The notes beneath the pieces were generated by a model. That model saw only the letters and a program-made list of their open reading frames with translations. It was not told the origin of the DNA and searched no databases. A stretch of DNA of 20,000 nucleotides from an uncultured virus (IMG/VR IMGVR_UViG_3300042465_005830) (Duplodnaviria > Heunggongvirae > Uroviricota > Caudoviricetes): the IMG/VR virus record IMGVR_UViG_3300042465_005830, positions 56,414 to 76,413 of that record; one strand, 5' to 3'. The position numbers were made by a program, and so were the translations under genes. This document shows, in pieces, positions 1 through 8,541 of the stretch; the first letter of the stretch is position 1, and every line of letters starts with the position of its first letter.

Positions 1-2
1 AT

Positions 3-383
3 AATGAGTTCTCAGAAGAAAAACTAATTGAAAAGATTACAGAGTTAAATTTTAGATACCCTCACATCATTCTAGCACAAGCTAAATTAGAATCAGGGCA
101 TTTTAAATCAACTATCTTTCTAGAGAACAATAACATGTTCGGTATGAAAGAAGCTAAGTTAAGAGCTAATTTAGCAAAAGGTACAAACAGAAATCATGCG
201 TATTACGATTCGTGGCAAGAATCAGTTATCGATTATGCTTTGTATTATTCATCTTACTTAAGAAGTATTAAAACTGAAGGAGAGTATTTTGAATACTTAA
301 GACAGAACTATGCTGAGGATCCAACATACGTTCAAAGATTGAAACAGATTATTAAGAAACAAGATTTAAAAAGTAAATTTTAA
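3..383 (+). CDS. GH73/FlgJ-like glucosaminidase (peptidoglycan hydrolase), 5' truncated by window
   Basis: The frame is open from base 3 (NEFSEEKLIEK...HIILAQAKLESGHF...NNNMFGMK) and continues into the 135..383 ORF. AQAxLESG, NxFGMK, YxSWxESVxDY and YAEDPxY are GH73 motifs. Confidence 0.85.
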   Translation, partial: NEFSEEKLIEKITELNFRYPHIILAQAKLESGHFKSTIFLENNNMFGMKEAKLRANLAKGTNRNHAYYDSWQESVIDYALYYSSYLRSIKTEGEYFEYLRQNYAEDPTYVQRLKQIIKKQDLKSKF

Positions 384-384
384 T

Positions 385-618
385 ATGACACTAAAAGAAA
401 AGTTTTTACCTAGAATGTACTGCTTTATGGGTAGCGGGATGTTATCCAACACATACGATAAAGATGTAGCAGAAGATAATGCTATGGAATGCGAAAAAAT
501 AGCAGAAGAATTTGCTGCTGAGTTTGCAATATGGTTAGTAGAAAGAGTGGCAGGAGAGAAAGGACTGGTATTGCAGGATGGTGTATTAGAACGATTCAAA
601 AAAGAAAAAGGATTATGA
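385..618 (+). CDS. hypothetical phage protein
   Basis: 77-aa ORF packed between neighbours; ATGA overlap with the next gene. Confidence 0.7.
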   Translation: MTLKEKFLPRMYCFMGSGMLSNTYDKDVAEDNAMECEKIAEEFAAEFAIWLVERVAGEKGLVLQDGVLERFKKEKGL

Positions 619-977
619 TAGGAGGAGCACAGCCAAAAATATTACTAACTCAAAATGAGCAAGGTACATTTGATCTAGATGAAGCATTTAAGTCCATCTT
701 CGGAAAAGAACTAGAACCAAAATACAAATTAGTTCGAGAAAGAGATCAACTAACTAAAACATCAGTAGGAATAAAATGGTTAGAGTTTGATGAAGAAGGA
801 AGATACAAAGCAGACTTTAAAGACATTGCTGTTGGAAGAAGTTTATTAATGTCTCCATTCGGACCTTCATTCACTTGGCAAACAACACCAGTAACAGAAA
901 TTGTAGAACAAAGAGAAGATTATATTAAATTTAATACAGAAAATTCTGTATACGAATTGTTTGTTTTATCAAAATAA
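615..977 (+). CDS. hypothetical phage protein
   Basis: Probable start is ATG 615 (MIGGAQPK), which overlaps the upstream TGA; the longer 531 start would overlap the previous gene. Confidence 0.75.
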   Translation: MIGGAQPKILLTQNEQGTFDLDEAFKSIFGKELEPKYKLVRERDQLTKTSVGIKWLEFDEEGRYKADFKDIAVGRSLLMSPFGPSFTWQTTPVTEIVEQREDYIKFNTENSVYELFVLSK

Positions 978-991
978 ATTTCGTATATTTA
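961..991 (+). promoter_or_regulatory. Bacteroidota-type -33/-7 promoter P1
   Basis: TTG(961-963)-N20-TATATTTA(984-991), upstream of ATG 1015; same architecture recurs nine times in the window. Confidence 0.75.
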
Positions 992-1014
992 GATATTAAT
1001 TTAAAGTAAAGGTT

Positions 1015-1944
1015 ATGAAAAACATACACGTATTACCAACGGAAAATTCAAGTAGATTATCTTACAACAAAGATGGTGTATTAGAATTACACAGACTTCA
1101 ATGGAGAAAGAATACTCAAAATATCTATATCACTTCTGATGAAGAAATTAAAGAAAGAGAATGGTGTACTGATGGAATTTACCTTATACAAGCAACTCCA
1201 AAATTAGTAGATGCTCAAGGATTGTTTGATAGAAGAGATTGGAGAAAAATCATTCTAACAACAGACCAAGAGTTAATCAAAGATGGTGTACAAGCTATTG
1301 ATGATAAATTCCTAGAATGGTTTGTTAAGAATCAGAGTTGTGAGTTTGTTGAGATTAAACAAGAATTAGGTGTTTGTCTTAATTGTGAATGGAATTATGA
1401 TAGTTGTCCAAATGCTAAAGAATGTTTAAAGGGTAAATACAAAATCATCATTCCTAAAGAAGAACCTAAACTGCAATGTAAAGACTGTAATGACAATTTA
1501 ACAGATTGTACTTGTATTGAAAATACTGTTGATATGAATAAAATAAAAATATACCTAGACGACGTAAGAACACCAGTTGATCCAACTTGGAAAGTAGTTA
1601 GAAACTATGAACAATTTGTAGATCAAATTACTTATTACGGGTTAGAAAACATTGATATAATTTCATTAGATCATGATTTAGGACCTTCAGCAATGGCTGA
1701 ATGGCACTCAAACGTGTATCACAACTACGAATTAAATTATGATAACATTGAAGAGAAAACTGGAATGGATTGCACTAAATGGTTGGTCAATCAGTGGCTT
1801 GATGGATCTCCTGTTGTTGATGTTGTAATACATTCTGCAAATGCAGTTGGTAGTGCAAATATGATGGGTTACATAAACAACTACAGACACATCCATAGAT
1901 TACCTCAGAATTGTGTAAGAGTACAAATTGAACATACAGTATAA
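1015..1944 (+). CDS. phage hypothetical N-terminal domain + Cys-rich linker + C-terminal cyclic-phosphate processing receiver (cREC)-like domain
   Basis: C-terminal motifs IYLDDVRTP, ISLDHDLG, TGMDCTKWL and HSANAVG; in-frame Met at 1534 just before this domain. Confidence 0.75.
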   Translation: MKNIHVLPTENSSRLSYNKDGVLELHRLQWRKNTQNIYITSDEEIKEREWCTDGIYLIQATPKLVDAQGLFDRRDWRKIILTTDQELIKDGVQAIDDKFLEWFVKNQSCEFVEIKQELGVCLNCEWNYDSCPNAKECLKGKYKIIIPKEEPKLQCKDCNDNLTDCTCIENTVDMNKIKIYLDDVRTPVDPTWKVVRNYEQFVDQITYYGLENIDIISLDHDLGPSAMAEWHSNVYHNYELNYDNIEEKTGMDCTKWLVNQWLDGSPVVDVVIHSANAVGSANMMGYINNYRHIHRLPQNCVRVQIEHTV

Positions 1945-1949
1945 AAATT

Positions 1950-2567
1950 ATGGAAGATTTTTTTGAAGATTTAAAAAACCAACCAAGACCAAACTTCTTT
2001 AGAAGAATATATCTGTGGTGGGAACATGATGGTAAATACTTACATAAAGAAATTAAATGGGGTATTCAAAATCTTATTTACTGGTTTCCAATTATATGGA
2101 AAGATAGAAATTGGGACGGGCATTACATTTATGAAGTAATGAAACATAAGTTGAAAGCTCAAGCCAATTATATTGGAAGAAGAGATTTTCATACTCGAGC
2201 ACAGCAAGATGCTCGTAATATGAGAATATGTGTTAAATTAATTCAAGCATGTCAAGATGAGCCTTATTTAATGGAGTATATGGATTACCATAAGGACAGA
2301 GTTTGGTTTACACCTTGTGAGGATCGTGAAGGATCATCTTTATATAATTCAGAAGAGATATGGGAAAATTATGATGAGTTCTTTAAAAAGTATCCTTTAG
2401 TCTATAAGAGAGTGTTAAAAGGTGAAGGACCATTTACTTTAGATGATAGAGATGAATCTGAAATAAAAAGAATTATCGCAATGAATATTGCTCATATAAA
2501 TCACGACAGAGCAAGAAAATTACTGTTTAGAATAATGGAAGAAAATATTGAAGGATGGTGGGATTAA
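1950..2567 (+). CDS. hypothetical phage protein
   Basis: 205-aa Trp-rich ORF (WFPIIWKDRNWD...EGWWD), tightly packed. Confidence 0.75.
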   Translation: MEDFFEDLKNQPRPNFFRRIYLWWEHDGKYLHKEIKWGIQNLIYWFPIIWKDRNWDGHYIYEVMKHKLKAQANYIGRRDFHTRAQQDARNMRICVKLIQACQDEPYLMEYMDYHKDRVWFTPCEDREGSSLYNSEEIWENYDEFFKKYPLVYKRVLKGEGPFTLDDRDESEIKRIIAMNIAHINHDRARKLLFRIMEENIEGWWD

Positions 2568-2701
2568 TTACTATAGGAATATTTGTGCTAATTGGAATAG
2601 TAGCACTATGGGTTAGAGGAATAGATGAAATGCATACAAAACATCCAGACTATAAAGGAGAGGATTTGTTTGGAGAAGATGAACCAAAAAAAGATAAATG
2701 A
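2555..2701 (+). CDS. small membrane-anchored protein (48 aa, not in ORF track)
   Basis: MVGLITIGIFVLIGIVALWVRGIDEMHTKHPDYKGEDLFGEDEPKKDK*; fills the gap exactly and its TGA overlaps ATG 2698. Confidence 0.7.
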   Translation: MVGLITIGIFVLIGIVALWVRGIDEMHTKHPDYKGEDLFGEDEPKKDK

Positions 2702-3174
2702 TAAAATATTTACTTTTACTATTTACAATATTTAGTTTTAGTCAGGAACATATCCTAATAGGTGATTCGCAAACATACCTACTGGCCAGGCATTCAACTG
2801 AAATTAAACAAGTAAAACAGTTATGCCAATCAGGTATAGGTGTTGTTAAATTGAATAGGAAGACACTTAAATACCCTGTATCTCCTGCAGTTAAAAGCGT
2901 ATGTGTATGCATAGGAGTAAACGATGGATACAAGGACAGAGGTATAGATGTTTTATTAAATACTATTAAGAGAACTTTTCCAAATGCTCGTCTTTTTATC
3001 ATTCAAGGCTCATGGGGTTGGGGTACAGTAAGAAGAATGAACCAAAGTACTCTAGACAGGTACTACAAACAATTTCCAGGAACAATAATACATCCGGCAA
3101 TTGGAAAAGGAGATCCACATAAGGGTAAAAAAGTTTATAAAATTATAATGAAAAGTTTGGAAAGCCAAATATAA
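2698..3174 (+). CDS. secreted SGNH/GDSL-like hydrolase
   Basis: Signal-peptide-like N-terminus (MIKYLLLLFTIFSFS); block I IGDSQ, block III IGVND and C-terminal GDPH. Confidence 0.65.
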   Translation: MIKYLLLLFTIFSFSQEHILIGDSQTYLLARHSTEIKQVKQLCQSGIGVVKLNRKTLKYPVSPAVKSVCVCIGVNDGYKDRGIDVLLNTIKRTFPNARLFIIQGSWGWGTVRRMNQSTLDRYYKQFPGTIIHPAIGKGDPHKGKKVYKIIMKSLESQI

Positions 3175-3187
3175 TTTCATATATTTA
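3157..3187 (+). promoter_or_regulatory. Bacteroidota-type promoter P2
   Basis: TTG(3157-3159)-N20-TATATTTA(3180-3187). Confidence 0.75.
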
Positions 3188-3210
3188 GGTATAATTTAAA
3201 AGCAAAAGAT

Positions 3211-3441
3211 ATGATTTGGATTTTATTACTTTACGTTTTACCTCTACTAATATCAATAGTAGGTGTTTATTTTTTAGTTAAAAGAGATGGAGGGGCTGTA
3301 AAAGAATTTTTAGAACCACTACCTTATTTACTCATTCCCTTACTTAATATTGCTGCTGTGGTAGTAGGTATATATTTTCTTATTGAGAAATTTCTAGATG
3401 AAGATGAATCTTGGCAGAACTTTAAAAACAAAAAACTATAA
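3211..3441 (+). CDS. small two-TM membrane protein
   Basis: Two hydrophobic stretches; follows P2; its TAA overlaps the next ATG. Confidence 0.7.
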   Translation: MIWILLLYVLPLLISIVGVYFLVKRDGGAVKEFLEPLPYLLIPLLNIAAVVVGIYFLIEKFLDEDESWQNFKNKKL

Positions 3442-4142
3442 TGAAAATAACATTCATATCAGATACACATACACGGCAAGGACAAATACCATATTCAGAT
3501 TTACCTGGTGGTGATTTACTAATCCATGCTGGTGATATTATGAACTCAGGATACAATAAGAATGATATCTTTGATTTCTTACACTGGTATGATTCAATTC
3601 CAGGCTACGATAAGAAAGTGTTCATAGCAGGTAATCATGATAGAATGTTTCAAAACCATCCTGAAGATGTAAAAGAATGGTTATCTAAATTTCCAAACAT
3701 AATCTATCTGCAAGACGAGGCATACGAGATATATGACTTAGCAACAGATAAGAGCATTAAGATTTACGGATCACCTTGGCAACCAGAATTCTATTCATGG
3801 GCATTTAATTTACAAAGAAACAGTCTTGAATTATCAGGCAAGTGGGAAGCAATTCCTGACAACACAGACATCTTAATCACACACGGCCCGGCTTGGGGTT
3901 CTGTTGATACAGTAGAAGGAAGACCTTGGGACAATTTAGGATGTGAATTATTAGCAGAAAGAATTCAGAGATTTAGACCAAAGATCCATGTCTGTGGACA
4001 TATTCATTCAGGATATGGAGTTGAGACTATTGACGGCATACATTATATAAATGCCTCAGTATTAGACGAAAGATACGAATATACTCAGAAGCCTTGGAAT
4101 ATAGAATGGGATTCTGAAAGTAATATATTATTTGTAAAATAA
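3441..4142 (+). CDS. calcineurin-like metallophosphoesterase
   Basis: SDTH, HAGD, GNHD, THGP and GHIH metal-binding motifs. Confidence 0.93.
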   Translation: MKITFISDTHTRQGQIPYSDLPGGDLLIHAGDIMNSGYNKNDIFDFLHWYDSIPGYDKKVFIAGNHDRMFQNHPEDVKEWLSKFPNIIYLQDEAYEIYDLATDKSIKIYGSPWQPEFYSWAFNLQRNSLELSGKWEAIPDNTDILITHGPAWGSVDTVEGRPWDNLGCELLAERIQRFRPKIHVCGHIHSGYGVETIDGIHYINASVLDERYEYTQKPWNIEWDSESNILFVK

Positions 4143-4145
4143 ATA

Positions 4146-4176
4146 GAAAAAGGCTTGCATATGTGAGTCTTTTTTC
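4146..4176 (+). terminator. putative intrinsic terminator overlapping promoter P3
   Basis: GAAAAAGGCTTGC-ATAT-GTGAGTCTTTTTTC: G-U-rich stem plus T tract immediately after the stop at 4142. Confidence 0.5.
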
Positions 4177-4185
4177 TTATCTTTA
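4155..4185 (+). promoter_or_regulatory. Bacteroidota-type promoter P3
   Basis: TTG(4155-4157)-N20-TATCTTTA(4178-4185). Confidence 0.75.
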
Positions 4186-4210
4186 AGTATTAATTAAAAA
4201 CAAAAAGGTT

Positions 4211-4585
4211 ATGTTTAGAAGAACTAGAATTAAGATTGCTAAGAAATTTAGACAACAATTAACTCAAGAAGACTTAAGAGGGTATAGAAATATACTTAAA
4301 TTGCTTTATCATCCTAAAGCAGAAACACCCCTTAAAGATCCAGAGGTAGCTAAATACTTTATTCAAGTACCTTGCCTTCACCTTGATCTGATCATCGATA
4401 TAGAGAAAGCAGAAATTGTAAATACAAAACAAATCTACCCTCTTAACCTTGATAAGAAAGTAACAGAGCGTGCTGTACAGAGAATCAAAGAAGAAGTATC
4501 AAAACAAAGAGCAGACCTTGAAGATACAATCAGAGGTAAAAAACAAAACATATTAGACAATTTATACGTTAAAGTAAAATGGTAA
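4211..4585 (+). CDS. hypothetical basic protein
   Basis: 124-aa ORF after P3 with AAAAAGGTT-ATG start context. Confidence 0.7.
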   Translation: MFRRTRIKIAKKFRQQLTQEDLRGYRNILKLLYHPKAETPLKDPEVAKYFIQVPCLHLDLIIDIEKAEIVNTKQIYPLNLDKKVTERAVQRIKEEVSKQRADLEDTIRGKKQNILDNLYVKVKW

Positions 4586-4797
4586 AAACATTATTGACAG
4601 TGACGGTGAATGGAAATGAAATTGCATTTATAAAAGATGCAGGACATTATTTCATTCATTGGGGAGAGCAAGGAAAGCCTAGAGCAGTAAAGAAGATAAC
4701 AACTCCATCTGGAAGAAAGCCTTCACAGAACTCAGCACATAAACAATTTATGGAAGCAGTAGAAGCAACTAGAGTATTAAAATTTAGTAGATTATAA
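4579..4797 (+). CDS. hypothetical protein
   Basis: 72-aa ORF overlapping both neighbours. Confidence 0.65.
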   Translation: MVKTLLTVTVNGNEIAFIKDAGHYFIHWGEQGKPRAVKKITTPSGRKPSQNSAHKQFMEAVEATRVLKFSRL

Positions 4798-5015
4798 TGG
4801 CAGCAGAAAGTAACACACCAGTAGATATTGAAATTTGGATTGAGAAAGTAATCAATTCATGTGAGACGCTAGCACATCGTATGAATGCTTATAAATTAGT
4901 AAGACTTTATGTAAAAAGATTACAGGACGAAGGAATGCCTTACTACCAATATACCCACATTAGAGATAAGTTTGAAGGCATCTTATGGCATTTAGAAGAA
5001 AATATAAAAAACTAA
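4797..5015 (+). CDS. hypothetical protein
   Basis: 72-aa ORF with TAATG coupling to the upstream gene. Confidence 0.65.
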   Translation: MAAESNTPVDIEIWIEKVINSCETLAHRMNAYKLVRLYVKRLQDEGMPYYQYTHIRDKFEGILWHLEENIKN

Positions 5016-5018
5016 AGT

Positions 5019-5210
5019 ATGGCAGGACTATTTGACATGATGGATATGGCCATCGCAGATGAATTAGGAGTTGATGTAGAAGTATACATTGACATAATTG
5101 AAAAATGTACTGAAGAAGAAGCAAACTTTATTATTCTAGCTATTCTAGAAGAAGATACTAACAATATAGAAAAAGCAAAAGAAATGTTTAATAAGTATTT
5201 GAATGAATAA
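5019..5210 (+). CDS. hypothetical acidic protein
   Basis: 63-aa ORF overlapping the thyA start. Confidence 0.65.
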   Translation: MAGLFDMMDMAIADELGVDVEVYIDIIEKCTEEEANFIILAILEEDTNNIEKAKEMFNKYLNE

Positions 5211-6357
5211 ACTAGATAAACAATACACAGACTTACTCCAGACAATACTAGAACATGGTGTTGATAAGAAAGATAGAACAGGTACAGGAACAAAATCAAT
5301 CTTCGGTTATACTATCAGACATAACATGAAGGATGGTTTTCCTTTGCTTACAACTAAGAAAATGCCATTCAAAACAATTGTAACTGAACTGTTATGGTTT
5401 TTACAGGGTAGTACTAATATAAAATATTTGGTCGATAATAATTGCCATATTTGGGATGGTGATGCCTTTAAAAATTATGTGAACACATACAAAGGAAACT
5501 TTCCAATGGGTATGGAAGAGTTTATTGAAACTATTAAAACAAATGATAAGTTTGCTGAAAGATGGGGTAATTTAGGACCAATCTACGGTAAACAATGGAG
5601 AGGTTGGAACTCAATAGATAACTCTGATTTTGATATGAGGATGAATATATATGAAGTAGACCAAATCCGTAGACTTATCGCAGACCTTACCAACAATCCA
5701 GACTCAAGACGAATGATGGTTAATGCTTGGAATGTTGGAGAATTAGATCAAATGGTACTTCCACCTTGTCATTATGGATTTCAAGTTTATACAAGAGAGT
5801 TGAGTCACGAAGAAAGGTATAATGAATATAATATTAAATTTAAAGATAGATGTACCGCAGATTGTTACACTAAAGAAGATTTTGACAGTAAAGGAATACC
5901 AACCAGAGCAATCTCTTTAATGTGGAATCAACGTTCAGTAGATACATTCTTAGGTTTACCATTCAACATTGCTTCTTATGGATTATTATTGATGATGTTA
6001 GCAGATGAAGTAAATATGGTTCCTGATCAATTGATTGGTAATTTAGGAGATGTTCATTTGTATTCAAATCATATTGAACAAGCCAAAGAACAAATTGGGA
6101 GAGATTTAACTAATGAAGAGAGGTATAATATATGGTTTAGTAACAATTATGAAACGGGTATGGAAAGATTTTTTAACCCAAATGAATTACCTGACTTTGA
6201 TAATGAATATTACAAACCAACACCAACAAGAACAAGAGAACCTTATCCACTACCAACAGTTCATGTTAGAGATGGAATATATTGTTCATCAATAGAAGAT
6301 GTATTGTTATTTAATTATCAATCACATCCAGCAATTAAAGCACCTTTAAGCAATTAG
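5203..6357 (+). CDS. thyA: thymidylate synthase (with insertions)
   Basis: DRTGTGT, FPLLTTKK, ELLWFL, LGPIYGKQWR, PDSRR, LPPCH, QRSVDTFLGLPFNIASY and HLYSNH motifs. Confidence 0.97.
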   Translation: MNKLDKQYTDLLQTILEHGVDKKDRTGTGTKSIFGYTIRHNMKDGFPLLTTKKMPFKTIVTELLWFLQGSTNIKYLVDNNCHIWDGDAFKNYVNTYKGNFPMGMEEFIETIKTNDKFAERWGNLGPIYGKQWRGWNSIDNSDFDMRMNIYEVDQIRRLIADLTNNPDSRRMMVNAWNVGELDQMVLPPCHYGFQVYTRELSHEERYNEYNIKFKDRCTADCYTKEDFDSKGIPTRAISLMWNQRSVDTFLGLPFNIASYGLLLMMLADEVNMVPDQLIGNLGDVHLYSNHIEQAKEQIGRDLTNEERYNIWFSNNYETGMERFFNPNELPDFDNEYYKPTPTRTREPYPLPTVHVRDGIYCSSIEDVLLFNYQSHPAIKAPLSN

Positions 6358-6359
6358 AA

Positions 6360-6674
6360 ATGAAAGTACCAAAAGCAAAAGTAAAAAAAATAGTTAAGGA
6401 GTATAAAGACGCCACTAGAAAAGAAATCTGGGAAGGAGTAAGAGATAATTTTACTTTTGCCTTTATTGGAGCAACTCTAGTTGTATTCATTGCAACAAGA
6501 ACAGACATTGCAGTATTACTGGGATATCTAGCATACTATGCCTTTATGGGTAGGCTATTAAACAGGCCTAAATACGTTACAGATTTAGGAAAACTAATAG
6601 TATTTCCAATACCTTCAGCACTTGGAGCATTTGTAGGGTATAAGTTGAGCTACTACTTAATACAGTACATATGA
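6360..6674 (+). CDS. membrane protein of unknown function
   Basis: About three hydrophobic segments after a basic N-terminus. Confidence 0.7.
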   Translation: MKVPKAKVKKIVKEYKDATRKEIWEGVRDNFTFAFIGATLVVFIATRTDIAVLLGYLAYYAFMGRLLNRPKYVTDLGKLIVFPIPSALGAFVGYKLSYYLIQYI

Positions 6675-7009
6675 ATTTTATAATAGGTTTTAGCTTCGGA
6701 GTACTGGCACAAGTACTTACATTTGTACAACTACAAGGACAATTCAGATGGGAATGGTTTAAACAACATCCAATGATTATTTCACTAATGGGGGTACCAA
6801 TTTCCTTTCTTTATATTATGTCTGTAAAGTATATGGTATCGCATTTTGGAGGAGAGTTATGGCCTTCAAGACTGATGGGCTTTTCAATAGGAGCAATAGT
6901 ATTTAGTTATATGGCACATTTATGGTTTCAAGAACCATTTACTTTGAAGACACTTATATGTCTTGGATTAGCTTTTGCAATAATGATGGTTCAATTATTT
7001 TGGAAATGA
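6671..7009 (+). CDS. four-TM small membrane protein (SMR/DMT-like size and pattern)
   Basis: 112 aa with four hydrophobic helices and 'WFQEPFTLK' before the last helix, reminiscent of DMT/SMR proteins. Confidence 0.6.
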   Translation: MNFIIGFSFGVLAQVLTFVQLQGQFRWEWFKQHPMIISLMGVPISFLYIMSVKYMVSHFGGELWPSRLMGFSIGAIVFSYMAHLWFQEPFTLKTLICLGLAFAIMMVQLFWK

Positions 7010-7308
7010 AAAAACTAGAAACATGTCACCACTGCGGTGAAGAAAAAGAAAATTGTTATCACGGATTTATAACAATGTGCATTCCTGTTCCTGAAATGGA
7101 AGCAATGATTGATAAATGGGGAAGAAAAGATTGGTGGAATAATTTAGAAAGAGAAGATCTTACTGAAGAAGAAATGAAAGAACTAGATAACCTATCAATG
7201 TACGATCAGATGTTAAGCACTGTTGGAAGAGGAGTTCAATGTGAGGACTGTGGAAAGAAAGAAGCAGAGTTGTACGAAAAATACTATCCAAAAAGTTTGG
7301 AGTCTTAA
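7006..7308 (+). CDS. hypothetical protein with two CxxC motifs (possible Zn-binding)
   Basis: Probable start ATG 7006 (ATGA overlap); CHHC and CEDC motifs. Confidence 0.65.
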   Translation: MKKLETCHHCGEEKENCYHGFITMCIPVPEMEAMIDKWGRKDWWNNLEREDLTEEEMKELDNLSMYDQMLSTVGRGVQCEDCGKKEAELYEKYYPKSLES

Positions 7309-7327
7309 AATAAATTTCGTATATTAA
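7297..7327 (+). promoter_or_regulatory. Bacteroidota-type promoter P4
   Basis: TTG(7297-7299)-N20-TATATTAA(7320-7327). The ATG at 7333 is only 5 nt past the box, implying a leaderless or very short leader. Confidence 0.7.
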
Positions 7328-7332
7328 AAACT

Positions 7333-8451
7333 ATGAATAATAAATTTACATTCCACGTATTAGGACTTCCTCATACAATCACTAATAGAGAATTTGTAGC
7401 ATGTGCTTATACACAAAAAGCTTGGAAATTCTGTAAGATGATGGGAGAGAGAGGGCATACTATATACCATTACGGACATGAGGAGAGCGACGCTCCATAT
7501 GCGGAAAACGTAACAGTTATTACCAATAAGGTATGGAAAAAGGTATATGGTACTCACGACTATAAATCTAAATTCTTTAAGTACAATGTAGAGGATGAAG
7601 CCTATCAAACCTTCTATAAAAATGCTATAGAGGAAATAGGAAAGAGAAAACAGAAGAATGACTTCATACTTCCATTCTGGGGATCAGGAGTACGTCCAGT
7701 ATGTGATGGACATCCAGATTTAATAACTGTTGAACCAGGAATAGGTTACGCCGGAGGTCATTGGGCCAATTGGAAGGTATTTGAATCTTATGCAATCTAT
7801 CATGCATACTACGGACTGATGGGAGTGAATTATTGCGATATGAAAAACTATGAAGTAGTAATTCCAAACTATTTTGATCTTTCTGATTTCGAATTTAGCG
7901 ATAAAAAAGAAGACTACTTCTTATATTTAGGAAGAGTCTTTGATGGAAAAGGAGTTAATATAGCAATCCAGGTTACTGAACACTTAGGTTATAAATTAAA
8001 GATAGCAGGACAGATTGACGCTGATGGACCATATAAGGATGGAATCTTTCCTCCTCATGTAGAGTTTGTAGGGTATGCTGGTACTGAGAAGAGAAAAAAG
8101 TTAATGAAGAATGCAAAAGGATGCTTCTTACCTTCACAATATGTTGAACCATTTGGAGGAGTGCAAATAGAAAACCTTCTATCAGGAACACCTACCATCA
8201 CTTCAGACTGGGGAGCATTTGCAGAGAATAATATAAACGGAGTAACTGGCTATAGATGTAGAACGTTTGACGATTATTTAAAAGCAACTATAAAAGTCAA
8301 TAACGGAGAAATAGATTATAAGACTTGTAGAGAGTATGGAGAAAAGTTCTCATTAGAGAATGTAGCTCCTATGTATGAGAAATATTTTCAAGATGTTATG
8401 AACGTATATGAAGGAGATGGATGGTATCAAACAGACATTCCAAAAGTATAA
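7333..8451 (+). CDS. GT-B fold glycosyltransferase (GT4-like)
   Basis: YLGRVFDGKG and PSQYVEPFGGVQIENLLSGTPTITSDWGAFAE (E-x7-E nucleotide-sugar motif). Confidence 0.9.
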   Translation: MNNKFTFHVLGLPHTITNREFVACAYTQKAWKFCKMMGERGHTIYHYGHEESDAPYAENVTVITNKVWKKVYGTHDYKSKFFKYNVEDEAYQTFYKNAIEEIGKRKQKNDFILPFWGSGVRPVCDGHPDLITVEPGIGYAGGHWANWKVFESYAIYHAYYGLMGVNYCDMKNYEVVIPNYFDLSDFEFSDKKEDYFLYLGRVFDGKGVNIAIQVTEHLGYKLKIAGQIDADGPYKDGIFPPHVEFVGYAGTEKRKKLMKNAKGCFLPSQYVEPFGGVQIENLLSGTPTITSDWGAFAENNINGVTGYRCRTFDDYLKATIKVNNGEIDYKTCREYGEKFSLENVAPMYEKYFQDVMNVYEGDGWYQTDIPKV

Positions 8452-8463
8452 AACTTTAGTAAG

Positions 8464-8494
8464 TTGGATCATAAAAAGATATTTCTTATATTTA
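8464..8494 (+). promoter_or_regulatory. Bacteroidota-type promoter P5 (queD/queE transcript)
   Basis: TTG(8464-8466)-N20-TATATTTA(8487-8494). Confidence 0.78.
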
Positions 8495-8509
8495 TTAACA
8501 TATAACAAC

Positions 8510-8536
8510 AGTGTCGTAGCACCACTTTAAAAACAC
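8510..8536 (+). ncRNA. class I preQ1 riboswitch-like aptamer (copy 1)
   Basis: AGUG-UCGUAGCAC-CACU-UUAAAAACAC: P1 stem, UCGYAG loop ending in the specificity C, and AAAAAC tail; located in the 5' UTR of the queD/queE transcript. Confidence 0.75.
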
Positions 8537-8541
8537 ACCTT

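Noticed and set aside
5203..6357. ThyA as a dCMP/dUMP hydroxymethylase for pyrimidine modification
   Set aside because: It retains the canonical dUMP-specific Asn (GLPFN) and the full set of standard ThyA motifs.
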